64,000 nt of DNA from Pachysolen tannophilus NRRL Y-2460 (Eukaryota): positions 2,161,271 through 2,225,270 of the forward strand of contig KV454011.1 in assembly GCA_001661245.1 (NCBI GenBank), given 5' to 3'. The position numbers were made by a program, and so were the translations under genes. Each line of letters starts with the position of its first letter. Positions within the stretch are counted from its first letter, which is position 1. Below the pieces are notes generated by a model. The model made no database searches. It had not been told where the DNA came from and saw only the letters and a list, made by a program, of their open reading frames with translations. Positions 11,000-23,150 of the stretch are shown piece after piece.

Positions 11000-12055
11000 C
11001 TATGGTGTCCATAGTTCACCAGATCCACGATTTGCATAAATCATGGTATCAAATTTTTCGCGTTGAACTCCCATATTGTTAAGTTGAGTTTTATCAACAC
11101 CAGTTTTTTTTGGTTTCCTGTTTTTTCTTTTTTTATTTCCACCATTGCCTTCACTATCAGTTTTGGAATCGATTTTTGTTGGAACCAAAGAGGATGACAG
11201 AGGAACATAAAGCAATTTTTCAGTTTTTCCAACACAAACACCATTTTTACTTAAAATATAATTTTCAGCCTCGTTAATATGGAAACAATCAATTCCAAAA
11301 GAATTCAACCACACTTTTGTTACTGAATCCTCTGTGACAACTTTCCAATCTATATTGGTAGTTTTTCCATTAGAATTATCATTCTCCACATACTGTTTCT
11401 GTATGCATGATCTGATTAAATACCTCAATCTAACAGGCATCTCTGGTTTCAGGTTCGGATTAATCTCGTTATGACCCTTACCTTGACCTGGACCTTGACC
11501 ATCACTTTTAATTGTTCTTGTGGAATCGAACGATGTTTTGTTATTTGGAAAGTCTTTAACAAGTGGCTGACGAACCCTATACTTTTTGATACAGTTATGC
11601 CACAGTGGTCCAGATTCATCAGGGGTTTCAATTAAAACAGTTGTCTCACCATAAGACCCCTTATTTTTCTTATCATTAGTCGTATCATCATCACTAAACT
11701 GGAAATCATCATCCATTGAACTCTTGAGATCAATGAATTTTATAGATTCTCTTGCATTTGTAGCTAATAGGGAGACTCCCCTCTTAATATAATCTAATTC
11801 ATGCAACGTATAAAATGGAATAAAAAGAACCAAACTGTAATCCGAAGCCCACTTTTTAATATTACCAATACCTCTTACTAGTGCTGATGGATCGAGAATC
11901 AAATGAACAACCGGTCTTTGTAAATAATCGTTGCGTTCCTAATCGCCATAATAATTGTTAGCATTATGAAAAAAAAACCAAAATCCAATAAAAAACAAAA
12001 AAAAAAAAAAAAAAAAAAAGAAGCAGTGAAAAAGACTCACCTTGTTATCAATCAT
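11000..12055 (-). CDS. NMD4: PIN-domain NMD factor Nmd4; join(12055..12041,11938..11000)
   Basis: HLILDPSALVRGIGNIKKW, FIPFYTLHELD, LIRSC, VVTED, C-terminal GELWTP. Intron 12040-11939: GTGAGT...TGCTAAC...TAG. Confidence 0.8.
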
Positions 12056-12273
12056 ATCCACTGTGAGTTAACCATTGATCCAAACTTCTTATTACTCTCT
12101 TCCTAGTCTTTCTTTTCTTTTCTTTTCAATATTATCAATTCTTTACATTTTCAATTTAATATACAGAGAAACCGTTTAATTAGTAACTTTTATATATTGA
12201 ATTTACACGACTATTACATACTATATACATGACAAAACCGACGACAAGAACCATCTTATATCTTGATTAATGA

Positions 12274-13335
12274 TCACAGGATGTGGCTTTCTAGTTCAGA
12301 GAGGTCCAGTAGAATATCTGGTCTAAATGGCCAGTTTGTAATTACCTGTGCTATTCTATTAAAATCTTCTTTTGTCATATCTTTTGGTTTTTTTTCCCAT
12401 AAGTCTTCTAGAGCTCCTGTTTCCTTTGTATAATCATAAGCTCCAGGTCCCAAGTTATTTATGGCCAGTTTCAATGGATTGTTTGCTAATATAAACAACT
12501 GTTTTGTCACAAAATCCCATGCATCTAGGTCTTGTATGTTATCAACATATTTGGGGTGAATATCTATTAGGCAAAGATCTTTAACTGCATTTGGATGTGT
12601 AAAAGTTGGGTGTCTATAAAGTGGTAATATCACTGGCTGATGTTCTTGTATTAAATCTTTGCTAATGACCGAGTCTGTGTAATCTTCTGAAACTGCAACT
12701 AATTTTGTATTAGAAAAAGTTTCAGCAACTAAAGAACATTTGGATCTTTTCTTTGAACCTGCTTTTGCAACTAATTTAGCTGCTGTAGATGGAGCACACC
12801 AAACCAACATTCTAACGTTACCATATTGTTGAACCCAGTTCCGATTGATCAAACATCCATACCATTGCATTATTAAAGCTTCTCCTCTAGGATAGTTAAG
12901 GTTAGCATGTAAGAGTAATTGAGGATTTAAATTATTTTTATCCAAATTTTTAAACAAATCAAAGTTTTGATATACTGGGAAAAATGATATCCATTTAAAC
13001 GGATCTGTTTCAAGAATCTTTATGTTTGAATTAGGTAAATATTCTTTTAATTCATTAAGTGCCTTTATATAATTTAAATGTGGTTCCAACATGATATGAT
13101 CCAAAGGTTTTAAAGCCTGATTCAACACAGATGAAAATATACCAAGTGAAGGATAAACATCTACTATCTTGACATTTCCCGGTTTATATGTAGCATCCAA
13201 TTGTAATTTATTTAATATCTTGTCAAACGATATTTGATCATAGTAAGGAGTCTTGTAACCATAAAATACTCTCTTCTCTGCAAACGATTTAGCAAAAAAA
13301 CTAAGTAAACTAAGTTGAGGTCCCTTATTCAACAT
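12274..13335 (-). CDS. MTF1: Mitochondrial transcription factor Mtf1 (rRNA dimethylase fold)
   Basis: IVDVYPSLGIFS, GEALIMQW, VRMLVW, RSKCS and WPFRPDIL motifs; divergent from TAF7; first ATG at 13335. Confidence 0.9.
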   Translation of the reverse strand: MLNKGPQLSLLSFFAKSFAEKRVFYGYKTPYYDQISFDKILNKLQLDATYKPGNVKIVDVYPSLGIFSSVLNQALKPLDHIMLEPHLNYIKALNELKEYLPNSNIKILETDPFKWISFFPVYQNFDLFKNLDKNNLNPQLLLHANLNYPRGEALIMQWYGCLINRNWVQQYGNVRMLVWCAPSTAAKLVAKAGSKKRSKCSLVAETFSNTKLVAVSEDYTDSVISKDLIQEHQPVILPLYRHPTFTHPNAVKDLCLIDIHPKYVDNIQDLDAWDFVTKQLFILANNPLKLAINNLGPGAYDYTKETGALEDLWEKKPKDMTKEDFNRIAQVITNWPFRPDILLDLSELESHIL

Positions 13336-13564
13336 AGAAAACAATATCTATAGCTCGATTCACTCACTCTAAGGATACTAAAGTAAAGTAAATTTTATCT
13401 TGTATATAAATCACCAATATATATAAAATTTTTCAGTATTGCATTTAAAAAAAAAAAATTAATAAATATATATCTATATATATTTTTTCGTGATATTATT
13501 ATTTAGTTAATTAAAAGGTTATAAAGAGAATTTGTTTCAATCAATTTGATGCAAAAAACTGAGG

Positions 13565-15388
13565 ATGCTAAAGATTAAGCTAAATGCTGGAAAGAGTTCA
13601 AAAGATGATGGGAACAATGGTAATTCCAAAAAAAATGGCAAAGTTGCTAATGTAAATCCATCATCAACGAAAAGTAAAATTAAAATAAAGAGTTCACGTC
13701 CATCATCAACAACAACATCAGCAACAGCAACAACAATAAATTCGTCTAGTTTTTATAGTAGTCAAGCTACAGCTGCTCCTACCAATGTTACGACGAAGAA
13801 ATCCAATAATGCTGTGCCAAAACTTAAGTTGGTTAAAAAGACTCCTAAGATTAAACTTAAGAATAAACGTACACCAGGTGATTGTTATGATTCTGAAGAC
13901 CCAAATAAAGAATCAGATCCATTAATTGAAGAAGGTATAGTGTTAAGAATGTTACCTGATTCTTCATTAGATTATTTGAGACATTGTGTTGAGACTGGTG
14001 ATATGGGTAAGATCAATATAAGATGGAAAGATTCTAAAAGAGCTGTTCTTTCGATTAATGGAATACTTTATGGTGCAAAATTAGTAGATTTACCTACAGT
14101 TACAGAAGTTTCCAAGACAATTGATAAGAAAAATATATTTAAAGCAATTGATGTTTGTCAAATGTTATTAGTGGTGAAGAAATTAGAAAATGAAAACCAG
14201 ATAAATGATATAAAAATCCATGAATTTGAATCTTTGCCTGATGGATTAACTCTTCCTACAAAAGATATTAAGAAAAGATTTCACAAGAGATTAAACAATT
14301 TAATTATAGGGAAAGTTGAAGTTAAAGTTCAAGAATTGTTAAAACTGGATGCTGCTGCTGAAATGAGTAAATTTGAATTGATAGATTTTGATACCACTCC
14401 ATCTACAACAACGGTAAATACACCAAGAGTAGCTACTGATTTTGATTTACAAGAATTTAATAATAGTAATAATGTTACCAGTGGTGATAGTGCAGCAGTT
14501 ACAGCAGAGCAACAAAGGATAGCTGCAAATTTGGGAAGGTCAGAGGCTGATATGGATGAAGACGAAGAAGGGGACGATGATGAAGATGAAGAAGAAGAAG
14601 ATGAAGAAGTAGAGGTTGGTATTGATATGGAAGAATTACACGAAGAAATCACAGAGGATTTAGCTCAAGAATTAGAACAAGCACTTGTTGAGTCTGAACA
14701 AAACGACGAATCAGATGAAGAGGAAGTAGAAGTAGAAGAAGAAGATGAAGAAGAAGAAGAGGATGAAGATGACGAAGAAGAAGATGATGATGATGAAGAT
14801 GAAGAGGATGAAGACGAAGAAGAAGAAGGTGGTAATGCTGCTGGCATTGATGAAAATAAGAACAATGATGATCAACATAATGAAATGATTAAGGAAGAGA
14901 TTGCTGAATTGGAATCAACAATCAGACAGAAGGAAGTTGATGTCAATAAGGCCACCAATCCAATTTTGAGAAATAGATTTACAGATATTATCAACAGATT
15001 AAAACAAGAATTGGAAATCAAGAAGAAACAGCTTAAAGTACCAGAAGAACAAGGAGATGATGACCAAAGGCCGGACGGAGAAGATGAAAATGGAGAAAAT
15101 CAAGACGAAGAAGAAGAAGAAGAAGAAGAAGAGGAAGATGAGGATGATGATGAAGACGGTGATTTATTCAACGAGGAAGAAGATCAAAAAATTGAAGAAG
15201 AATCACCTCTGGAACAAAGACCTGATGAGGATCAAGATCCAGATCCAGATCAAGACCCAGATCAGGACCCAGATCAAGACCAAGAAATGGTGGAAGACGG
15301 TACAGAGGATATGATCGTTATCGAACAAGATGACAACGATAATGGCAACTATAACGACGATGATGATGACATGGAAGGATTATTCTAG
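13565..15388 (+). CDS. TAF7: TFIID subunit Taf7 (TAFII55 domain) with very long acidic tracts
   Basis: YDSEDPNKESDPLIEEGIVLRM, GAKLVDLPTVTE, KAIDVCQML, NPILRNRF. Confidence 0.93.
   Translation: MLKIKLNAGKSSKDDGNNGNSKKNGKVANVNPSSTKSKIKIKSSRPSSTTTSATATTINSSSFYSSQATAAPTNVTTKKSNNAVPKLKLVKKTPKIKLKNKRTPGDCYDSEDPNKESDPLIEEGIVLRMLPDSSLDYLRHCVETGDMGKINIRWKDSKRAVLSINGILYGAKLVDLPTVTEVSKTIDKKNIFKAIDVCQMLLVVKKLENENQINDIKIHEFESLPDGLTLPTKDIKKRFHKRLNNLIIGKVEVKVQELLKLDAAAEMSKFELIDFDTTPSTTTVNTPRVATDFDLQEFNNSNNVTSGDSAAVTAEQQRIAANLGRSEADMDEDEEGDDDEDEEEEDEEVEVGIDMEELHEEITEDLAQELEQALVESEQNDESDEEEVEVEEEDEEEEEDEDDEEEDDDDEDEEDEDEEEEGGNAAGIDENKNNDDQHNEMIKEEIAELESTIRQKEVDVNKATNPILRNRFTDIINRLKQELEIKKKQLKVPEEQGDDDQRPDGEDENGENQDEEEEEEEEEEDEDDDEDGDLFNEEEDQKIEEESPLEQRPDEDQDPDPDQDPDQDPDQDQEMVEDGTEDMIVIEQDDNDNGNYNDDDDDMEGLF
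15230..15283 (+). repeat. Coding minisatellite (6/12-nt units) encoding DQDPDPDQDPDQDPDQDQ in TAF7
   Basis: gatcaagatccagatccagatcaagacccagatcaggacccagatcaagaccaa. Confidence 0.8.
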
Positions 15389-16150
15389 ATAAAATTTTAG
15401 TTATGCAATAGAGACTCTAAAAATTTAAAGTTTTTTTTCTTTTTTTTTTTTTTCTATATTTTTATTTATATATGAAATTTGTAAATCCAAACCCAAATAA
15501 TACAAGCATGGAGTCAAGGTTAAATAAATTTGAAACAAGAAAGGATTATACGGCTCGAGTTATATGATCTTTCAGTTGCGCATATAAAAACGGCATCAAG
15601 AAAGACCCGATGTAAACGGATACTTACGCATAGCTTTTGCTGAAAAAAATTTTTTAAAAAGTTAAAAAACAAAAAAAAAAAAAAGACTGATGCATCAAAC
15701 CAAGAGCAAAAAGGTTTTAAAAAATAATAAACCTGCTTAACCTGTACCTAATGTCATTAAGATCAAGTGGTCAAGTGCCCGAAAATAAATCCAAAAAAAA
15801 AGAAATAGAAATTATATTAGTTTGTGTAATATTAATACTTCCTTGGCAACTAGCAACCAGCAACTAGGATTGAGTCATTTTATAAGAATTGATTGATCTA
15901 TTTGATGATCTAATCATTCAATTAAAATGAAATCATAGAAACATAAAGAAGATGATAAGATTTTATTAATTTTTTCTTTTATATTTAGACATGCATGTAA
16001 AATTTCTTTTTTAAAAATAACGAAAACCGGTAATTTATAAAAAGTTTGAAAGTTAACCTGAATGATTTTTTGAAACAATTCAAATTCGACTTTTAAGATA
16101 ATAATCATATAATATATTAAATTGAATTGAAATTAAATTAAATTTAAAAA

Positions 16151-16624
16151 ATGTCTATAAATTGGGTAATGGTTAATGAAAATAATGGTAATCTTCCATT
16201 TATATTATTACCAAATGAGGAGATTAAATATGAATCACCTTTAGAAAGAACAGAATTATTAATAAGACAAGTTACATCGATTAAAAATAAAAGAATTATT
16301 AATGCCACTGGGAAAGTTTATTTATCTAATCATAGATTAGTATTTATATCTCTGTATGGAGATATTAAATCATTTTCAGTTTTATTAAATCAGATAAAGA
16401 CTCATAAATTAGAAACTCCATGGTTTATTGGTCCAACTTTATGGAAATGTATCTTTATTACAACATCAGATAAAGTTTCTGGTTTAGTAGAAAATGAAAA
16501 TTATGAATTACAATTAAAATTTAATGAAGGCGGTATATTCGATTTTACAAAAATTTTTGAAACTGTTCATACAAATTATGTTAATGATCAAGCAGATGAA
16601 TTACCTGCTTATAGCGAATTTTAA
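16151..16624 (+). CDS. WBP2-like GRAM/PH-domain protein (UPF0664-like) with C-terminal LPxY motif
   Basis: MSINWVM...LLPNE, GKVYLSNHRLVF, PWFIGP, LKFNEGGIFDF, C-terminal ELPAYS. Confidence 0.75.
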   Translation: MSINWVMVNENNGNLPFILLPNEEIKYESPLERTELLIRQVTSIKNKRIINATGKVYLSNHRLVFISLYGDIKSFSVLLNQIKTHKLETPWFIGPTLWKCIFITTSDKVSGLVENENYELQLKFNEGGIFDFTKIFETVHTNYVNDQADELPAYSEF

Positions 16625-16831
16625 ACAGGTAAAAAACAATCTCAAGAAAAAAACACAAAACAAGTTGAAATGATTTAATAAAGTAAACTGTTGGTAAACT
16701 GCTACTTTAAAAAAAAAAACAACTTTCCCCACAGCTGGCAACAATTATATATATATATATATAAATGATGTGGTGGTGATAATAATAATAATAATAATAA
16801 TAATAATATGTACATACATACGTACTTTACG

Positions 16832-16872
16832 TACTTTAAGTACTATACTTTTAAAGTAAAGTACTTAAAGTA
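16832..16872. repeat. 41-bp near-perfect palindrome
   Basis: tactttaagtact-a-tacttt-t-aaagta-a-agtacttaaagta; 19 of 20 positions pair. Confidence 0.9.
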
Positions 16873-17415
16873 AGTGCACTCAAAATGTAATCGACCACGT
16901 CCGAAAGATCCACCACCGAAAGATTAGCTACCGAAAAGTTTGTCGGGGGGAGTGCCACCGAAGATGACCGAAACTTTACCGATTTTTTGAAAATAACTAT
17001 ATTCAATTATCCCGAATTACCGAATTCCCATTTTTTCCCAAATTTTTTCAGCCTCATTACTTATTTTGGAATTTGAGGGAAAATTTTTTTTTTTCTTTTT
17101 TTTTCTATTTTTTTTTTTGTTTTTTGTTATTTTTTTGGGTAACTGAAAGGATTCCACTACACAGCATATACATATCACACATTATTATACCTTAAGGTAA
17201 TTACACAAGACCAATTTTTAGGAATTTAATTGTATCTTTGCTGCTGCTTCTGCTGCTGAGATAAGTGACTTTTTTTTTTTTTTTTTTTTTATTTACTCCT
17301 TTGTTTATCAGATCAACCACGCGTTTATTTATAAAAATTTTCTTTTTTAGAGATTGATTGATTGATTGCTTGTAATTTGATTGTTATTTCCGTGTGTTTT
17401 GTTTTTAAAAAAATA

Positions 17416-20400
17416 ATGGAGCTTAACTTTCAAAATAGATCATTCTCTCCGGAAGAAGTTAATAGCGTTTATCAAGTAAGTTTACTCTTGAACTAATTAT
17501 TATTATTATTGTTGTTATAATAATAATAATAATAATAATAATTATAATTATAATAGTAGTAATAATAATAATAATATATTACTATTATTACTACTACTAT
17601 TATTATTGTTATTATTGCGAATGTTTTAATTTTTGTCATATTTATATTTATAGGGTACTAACAAGTATGTGTTTAATTGAATTGATTAGCGATGGCAGCA
17701 ATTGGAAAAACAGTATGGCCAGAATGCTCCTGCAATTCCCGAATATGTTCAATTGACACAATATCTAAGGGCGGCTAGTAGATTTAAGCAATTGCAACAA
17801 CAACAACAACAACAACAACAACTGCAGCAACAACTGCAACAACTGCCCAGGCTCGATCACCAAATCCCGCAACAGCGGTTACCAAATAGTAATATTGGCA
17901 ATGGCAATGGCAATGGTAATAACAACAACAATAATACCGTTTTAAATAACCAACAGCTACAACAACCGCCGCAAGAACAACATCAACAACATCATCATCA
18001 GCAACAACAACAACAACAACAACAACAGAATACCGGTATAACGAGTATTTTTTCTCAAAATGAATCATTACTATTGAAAGCTCAAATATCTGCATTTAAA
18101 TCACTCATGAAGAACCAACCAATACCCCAAGACGTTTCCCAGTTCATTATTAACACTACAAATATATTAAGAAGTGAACAACAACAACAACAGCAACATC
18201 TGCTGCTGCAGTTTCAACAGCCACCAATTGTGCTGCCGCCGGCACAGCAGCAACAACAACGTTCAATTCCTCCAACACCCGTTTTACAAGAAAAGAAAAT
18301 GACACAGGCGCAGAAAAGAGCATTGAAGCAACAACAACAACAACTGCAACAACTGCAACAACGGTCTCAACCACCGACGCCCATGCAACAGCACCCTCAT
18401 CAGATGCAGCAGATGGTACCGCCTACTCCTCGACAACAATATCAACCACCACCGCCGCCGCCGATACAGCAACCGCAACCGCAGCTGCAACAACCCCAAC
18501 AACCACAATTGCAGCCGCCAGTTGCACAAGCACTGCTTCTGCATCCACATCAACAACAACTTCCACTACAATCCATGGGCCCTGTACCTGCTGTTGTGGC
18601 GCCGGTTCCGCCGCAACGGCAAATAGCTGAAAGAGTTCCTGAACCTCCTGTAAAAATTCATAATTTAAGCAAGACTTTCCCAATAGTCAAATCAATTATA
18701 CCTATTCATGATCCAACAATTCAAGTGGATGCGTTCAGTGTTCCAATCCCACCTCTGGCTGTTGATTATGATTTGTTCAATAATAGGAGTTCCAGAATTA
18801 TAATACCAGGTGTTTTTCCTGAAGGAATAGATGCAAATGGTGCTCTGGAAATGAGAGATTTAGTAATAAATTTACAAATTGATGAGGCAATGCAAAAATT
18901 GAGTATTTTAAAAGAAAAGGATATTCAGGCATCTATTGACTATGAGGCTTTATCATTACTACCTTTACAAAGAGCAATGAGGGGACAACTTGTGGGTTTT
19001 ATGAGATACCAAAATTCGTTATTGACAAATAGTCATCCAAATTTTTTGGCAAAGGCAAAAAGTATAACTATCAATGATATTTTAGTTACAAAAAATTTAT
19101 ATGAACAACAAAAGAAATTAGCTGCCAAGATTGAACAAACAAAAAAAATTGAAAAATTAAATAAACTTACTGAATCATCTCTTAATTGGATAACTCGTCA
19201 TACAAATAAGAAGGAAAGAATTGCAAGGTTTGGGAAAGCAATTGCATCTTTCCACGCTTCAACAGAAAGAGAAGAACTGCGTCGTATAGAGAGAAACGCT
19301 AAACAACGTTTACAAGCATTGAAGGCAAATGATGAAGAAGCCTATATCAAGTTGTTAGATCAAACAAAAGATACAAGAATTACACATTTGTTAAGACAGA
19401 CTAATGCTTTCTTAGGTTCTTTAGCAGAAGCTGTTAAAGCACAACAAAGAGATACAGCAGAAAAATTGCTGGAAAGTGGACATAGCGTTGAAGATTTGGA
19501 AGATGAAGATGTAAACAATGATAATATCGATTACTACTCTGTGGCTCACCGTATTAATGAAGTTATTGTAAAACAACCTTCAATTTTAGTTGGAGGTACA
19601 TTGAAAGAATACCAAATTAAAGGTCTTCAGTGGATGGTTTCTTTATTTAATAATCATTTAAACGGTATTTTAGCCGATGAAATGGGTTTAGGTAAAACCA
19701 TTCAAACCATCTCTCTTTTGACTTACTTAGTGGAAGTTAAAAAGATCTCCGGTCCTTTTTTGGTCATTGTTCCTTTGTCAACATTGACAAATTGGAATAT
19801 GGAATTTGAAAAATGGGCACCAAGTCTTAAAAAGATAACGTTCAAAGGAGCTCCAACTTATAGAAAGTTATTATATCCAGATATAAAAGCTCAAAATTTT
19901 CAAGTTTTACTTACTACTTTTGAATATGTTATTAAGGATAAACCTTTACTATCCAAGATAAAATGGGTACATATGATAATGGATGAAGGTCACAGAATGA
20001 AGAATGCTCAATCCAAATTGTCATATACTTTAACTCAATATTATCATTCTGACTATAGATTAATTTTAACAGGTACTCCATTGCAAAACAATTTACCAGA
20101 ATTATGGGCATTATTAAATTTTGTTTTGCCTAAAATTTTCAACTCTGTTAAATCTTTTGATGAATGGTTTAATACGCCTTTTGCCAATACAGGTGGACAA
20201 GAAAAGATTGGATTATCAGAAGAAGAAACTTTATTGGTTATAAGAAGATTGCATAAAGTGTTGAGGCCTTTCTTATTGAGAAGATTGAAGAAAGATGTTG
20301 AAAAAGATTTACCAAATAAAGTTGAAAAAGTTGTTAAATGCAAGATGTCAGCTTTACAATCAAAATTATACCAACAAATGTTAAAATATAACAAATTGTT

Positions 20401-22243
20401 TGTTGGTGATCACGACAAAAATGCTGTTGGTGTAAAAGGTCTTAATAATCAATTGATGCAATTGCGTAAAATCTGTAATCATCCGTTTGTATTTGAAGAG
20501 GTAGAGAATTTGATTAATCCAGAGCACGAAACTAATAGTAATATATGGAGAGTTAGTGGTAAGTTTGAATTACTAGATAAAGTTTTACCTAAACTTAAAG
20601 CCACCGGTCATAGGGTTTTAATATTTTTTCAAATGACTCAAGTTATGGATATTATGGAAGATTTTTTAAGGTTAAAAGATATGAAATACTTAAGATTGGA
20701 TGGGGGTACAAAAGCTGATGATAGACAGGAAATGTTAAAAGTTTTCAATGCTCCAAATTCAGAATATTTTACTTTCTTATTGTCTACAAGAGCTGGTGGG
20801 TTAGGTCTTAACTTACAAACAGCAGATACTGTCATTATATTTGATTCGGATTGGAATCCTCATCAGGATTTACAAGCTCAAGATCGTGCACATCGTATTG
20901 GTCAGAAAAATGAAGTTAGAATTTTAAGATTGATTACTGAAGATTCGATTGAAGAAATTATTTTAGAAAGAGCTCATCAAAAGTTGGATATTGATGGAAA
21001 AGTTATCCAAGCGGGTAAGTTTGATAACAAGTCTACTGCAGAAGAGCAAGAAGCTTTATTGAGAGCCTTAATAGAAGCAGAGGAACATAAGAAGAATGGT
21101 AATGCTGAAGATGATGAGATGAATGATAGTGAGTTGAACGAAGTATTATCTAGAAGTGAAGAGGAGTTGATTCTTTTCAAAGATTTTGATGATCAAAGGG
21201 CTAAAACTCCGTATGGTAAAAATAGATTATTTTCAGAAGCGGAATTACCTGATGTCTACAACCAGGATCCTGAATTAGTATTCAATAAAAAAGACGAAAC
21301 AATTTACGGTAGAGGTACTCGTGAACGTAAAACTACATTTTATGACGAAAATATGTCTGAAGCTCAGTGGTTAAAGCAATTTGAAGAATCAGATTCTGAT
21401 AATAATAATATTAATGATGATGATGAAGTTGTTGATGACGACGAGGACAATGAAAAGAAAACGAAGATAAAGAGAAAGCGCGGAAGACAGCCAAAGTCAA
21501 AAGCTTCTACTCCTTTGGAAGCCGAAGAAGACAGTACTGTTGGTAGAAAACGTAAGCAAGTTGATGATGGTTTTGTCATCGATGATGAGGAAGATTCTGA
21601 ATTCAGCAATAAAAGGGCTAAAACAGCAAGCAAACGCGCTGTTAAGACTACAGGTAGACGTGGCAGAGGCGGTGGCGCTTTTGGAAGAGGTGTTGGAAGA
21701 GCCAAAAGTATTACTCCATTTAATCGCCCTCCTCCTAGTGTTCCTTTAACCGACGAGGAGAGGAAACAATTACAGTTATACATGTTAAAAATTTATAACT
21801 ATGTTCATAAATATGAGGATAATGGTAGAAGATTAAGCGATATTTTTTTGCAGAAACCATCAAAGAAGTTTTATCCCGATTATTATAAATTAATTAAGTA
21901 CCCAATTGCATTTGACGTTATTAGTAAAAGGATCAACAAGGTTTTATATAATGATTTAACTGAATTTATGGAAGATATTCATGTAATGTTTACGAACGCT
22001 AAAACTTATAACCAAGAAGGATCACTTATATTTTTAGATGCTGTTAAATTAGAGAATTTAGCAATTGAAAAATTTAAAGTTTTAACAGGTAAAGACATTA
22101 ATTTTGAAGAATTTGACCTCAAATATGGATTGAAAACTTTTAATGATTCAAATGCCACTGAAAATATAGAAAATGGAGAAAGAGAACAGGATGAAACTAA
22201 TAAAGAGGATCTAGTTGATGAAGAATCAAAAAGTCCAAATTGA
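17416..22243 (+). CDS. SNF2: SWI/SNF chromatin-remodelling ATPase Snf2; join(17416..17475,17690..22243)
   Basis: Exon 1 MELNFQNRSFSPEEVNSVYQ joined to RWQQLEKQYG matches the Snf2 N-terminus. Intron 17476-17689: GTAAGT, TACTAAC 17656, TAG. QLQ, HSA, DEGH ATPase, AT-hook, RG repeats and bromodomain present; next to YPK9. Confidence 0.95.
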
Positions 22244-22610
22244 AATAAGGGTGCAGTGAATAGATTATAAATAACATTGAATAACATTTTTTTTTTCTTT
22301 TTTTCTGGTTTTGTTAATAAATATTTATATATATAATGATTAGGGGGGTTTCCTTTGTAATTTTACAAATTTTTTAATGGCATCCTTAGTATCAACCAAG
22401 GTTGTTCAGTTTTTACAACGTTTATGACCTACGTTTGTGATTTTTAGACATCCATTTTATTTATCATGAACTGCTTCATTTAACATGGTATTTATCTGTC
22501 GTACATTTTTAACAAATAGAACTCCATAATTAAAACATATCAATTTAAAAGTCCTCTTTAGTTTTTAAAAGTAATCATTAATTCTCTTGAATCAGGGAGA
22601 TAGAAGAGAC

Positions 22611-22805
22611 ATGTCTAGCTTAAAGAAACAGACAGGAAAGCAGCTTAACAAGCTTTTTGATGCTACAGCTCAGTGTTCGATTGAGTCGGGAAGGTACGGT
22701 CAATGTATACTGAAGAATTACAAACTGATAGATAAGGACGTTTGCGCTAAAGAATTCTTTGCTTTTAAAAATTGTGTTCAGAAAGTAATGAAGAAGAAAT
22801 GGTAA
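22611..22805 (+). CDS. Small twin-CX9C mitochondrial IMS protein, NDUFAF8-like complex I assembly factor
   Basis: CSIESGRYGQC and CAKEFFAFKNC (two CX9C motifs); ATG at 22611. Confidence 0.75.
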   Translation: MSSLKKQTGKQLNKLFDATAQCSIESGRYGQCILKNYKLIDKDVCAKEFFAFKNCVQKVMKKKW

Positions 22806-23150
22806 GAAGACAATTAAAATTAACCTGTTGATTAGACGTGCTCCATTCAGAATGGAAAGAGTGAAAATAATGAAAATTAATGAAAATTCAAAAAAAGAAA
22901 CATTGTGTGGTTTATTTCTTAAAATAAACGCCTGATGTGGTCTTTTCTAACCATGCAGATACGTTTTAAGGAAGAATGATGATATGTTAGTTTTCCATGT
23001 TTGTAAGCAATAAATAAGGATTATTCCAGATAGCAGATTCCCTGTTCTAATGATTTCAACCTAGTTTAAGTTGTTCATATAAATATGTTTTGATAAATGT
23101 ACGATAAATTAAACTTTATAAACTATTAATACGTTAAATAAAATTACTAA

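Noticed and set aside
14329..15314. Poly-Ser and poly-Lys ORFs overlapping TAF7
   Set aside because: Shadow frames of the GAA/GAT acidic tracts.
17651..17689. Possible 11-nt microexon in the SNF2 intron (TAG|ggtactaacaa|GTATGT)
   Set aside because: It would contain the branch point, and the downstream intron would be only 25 nt.
17784..18683. Val/Leu-rich antisense ORFs in SNF2
   Set aside because: Reverse complement of poly-Gln repeats.
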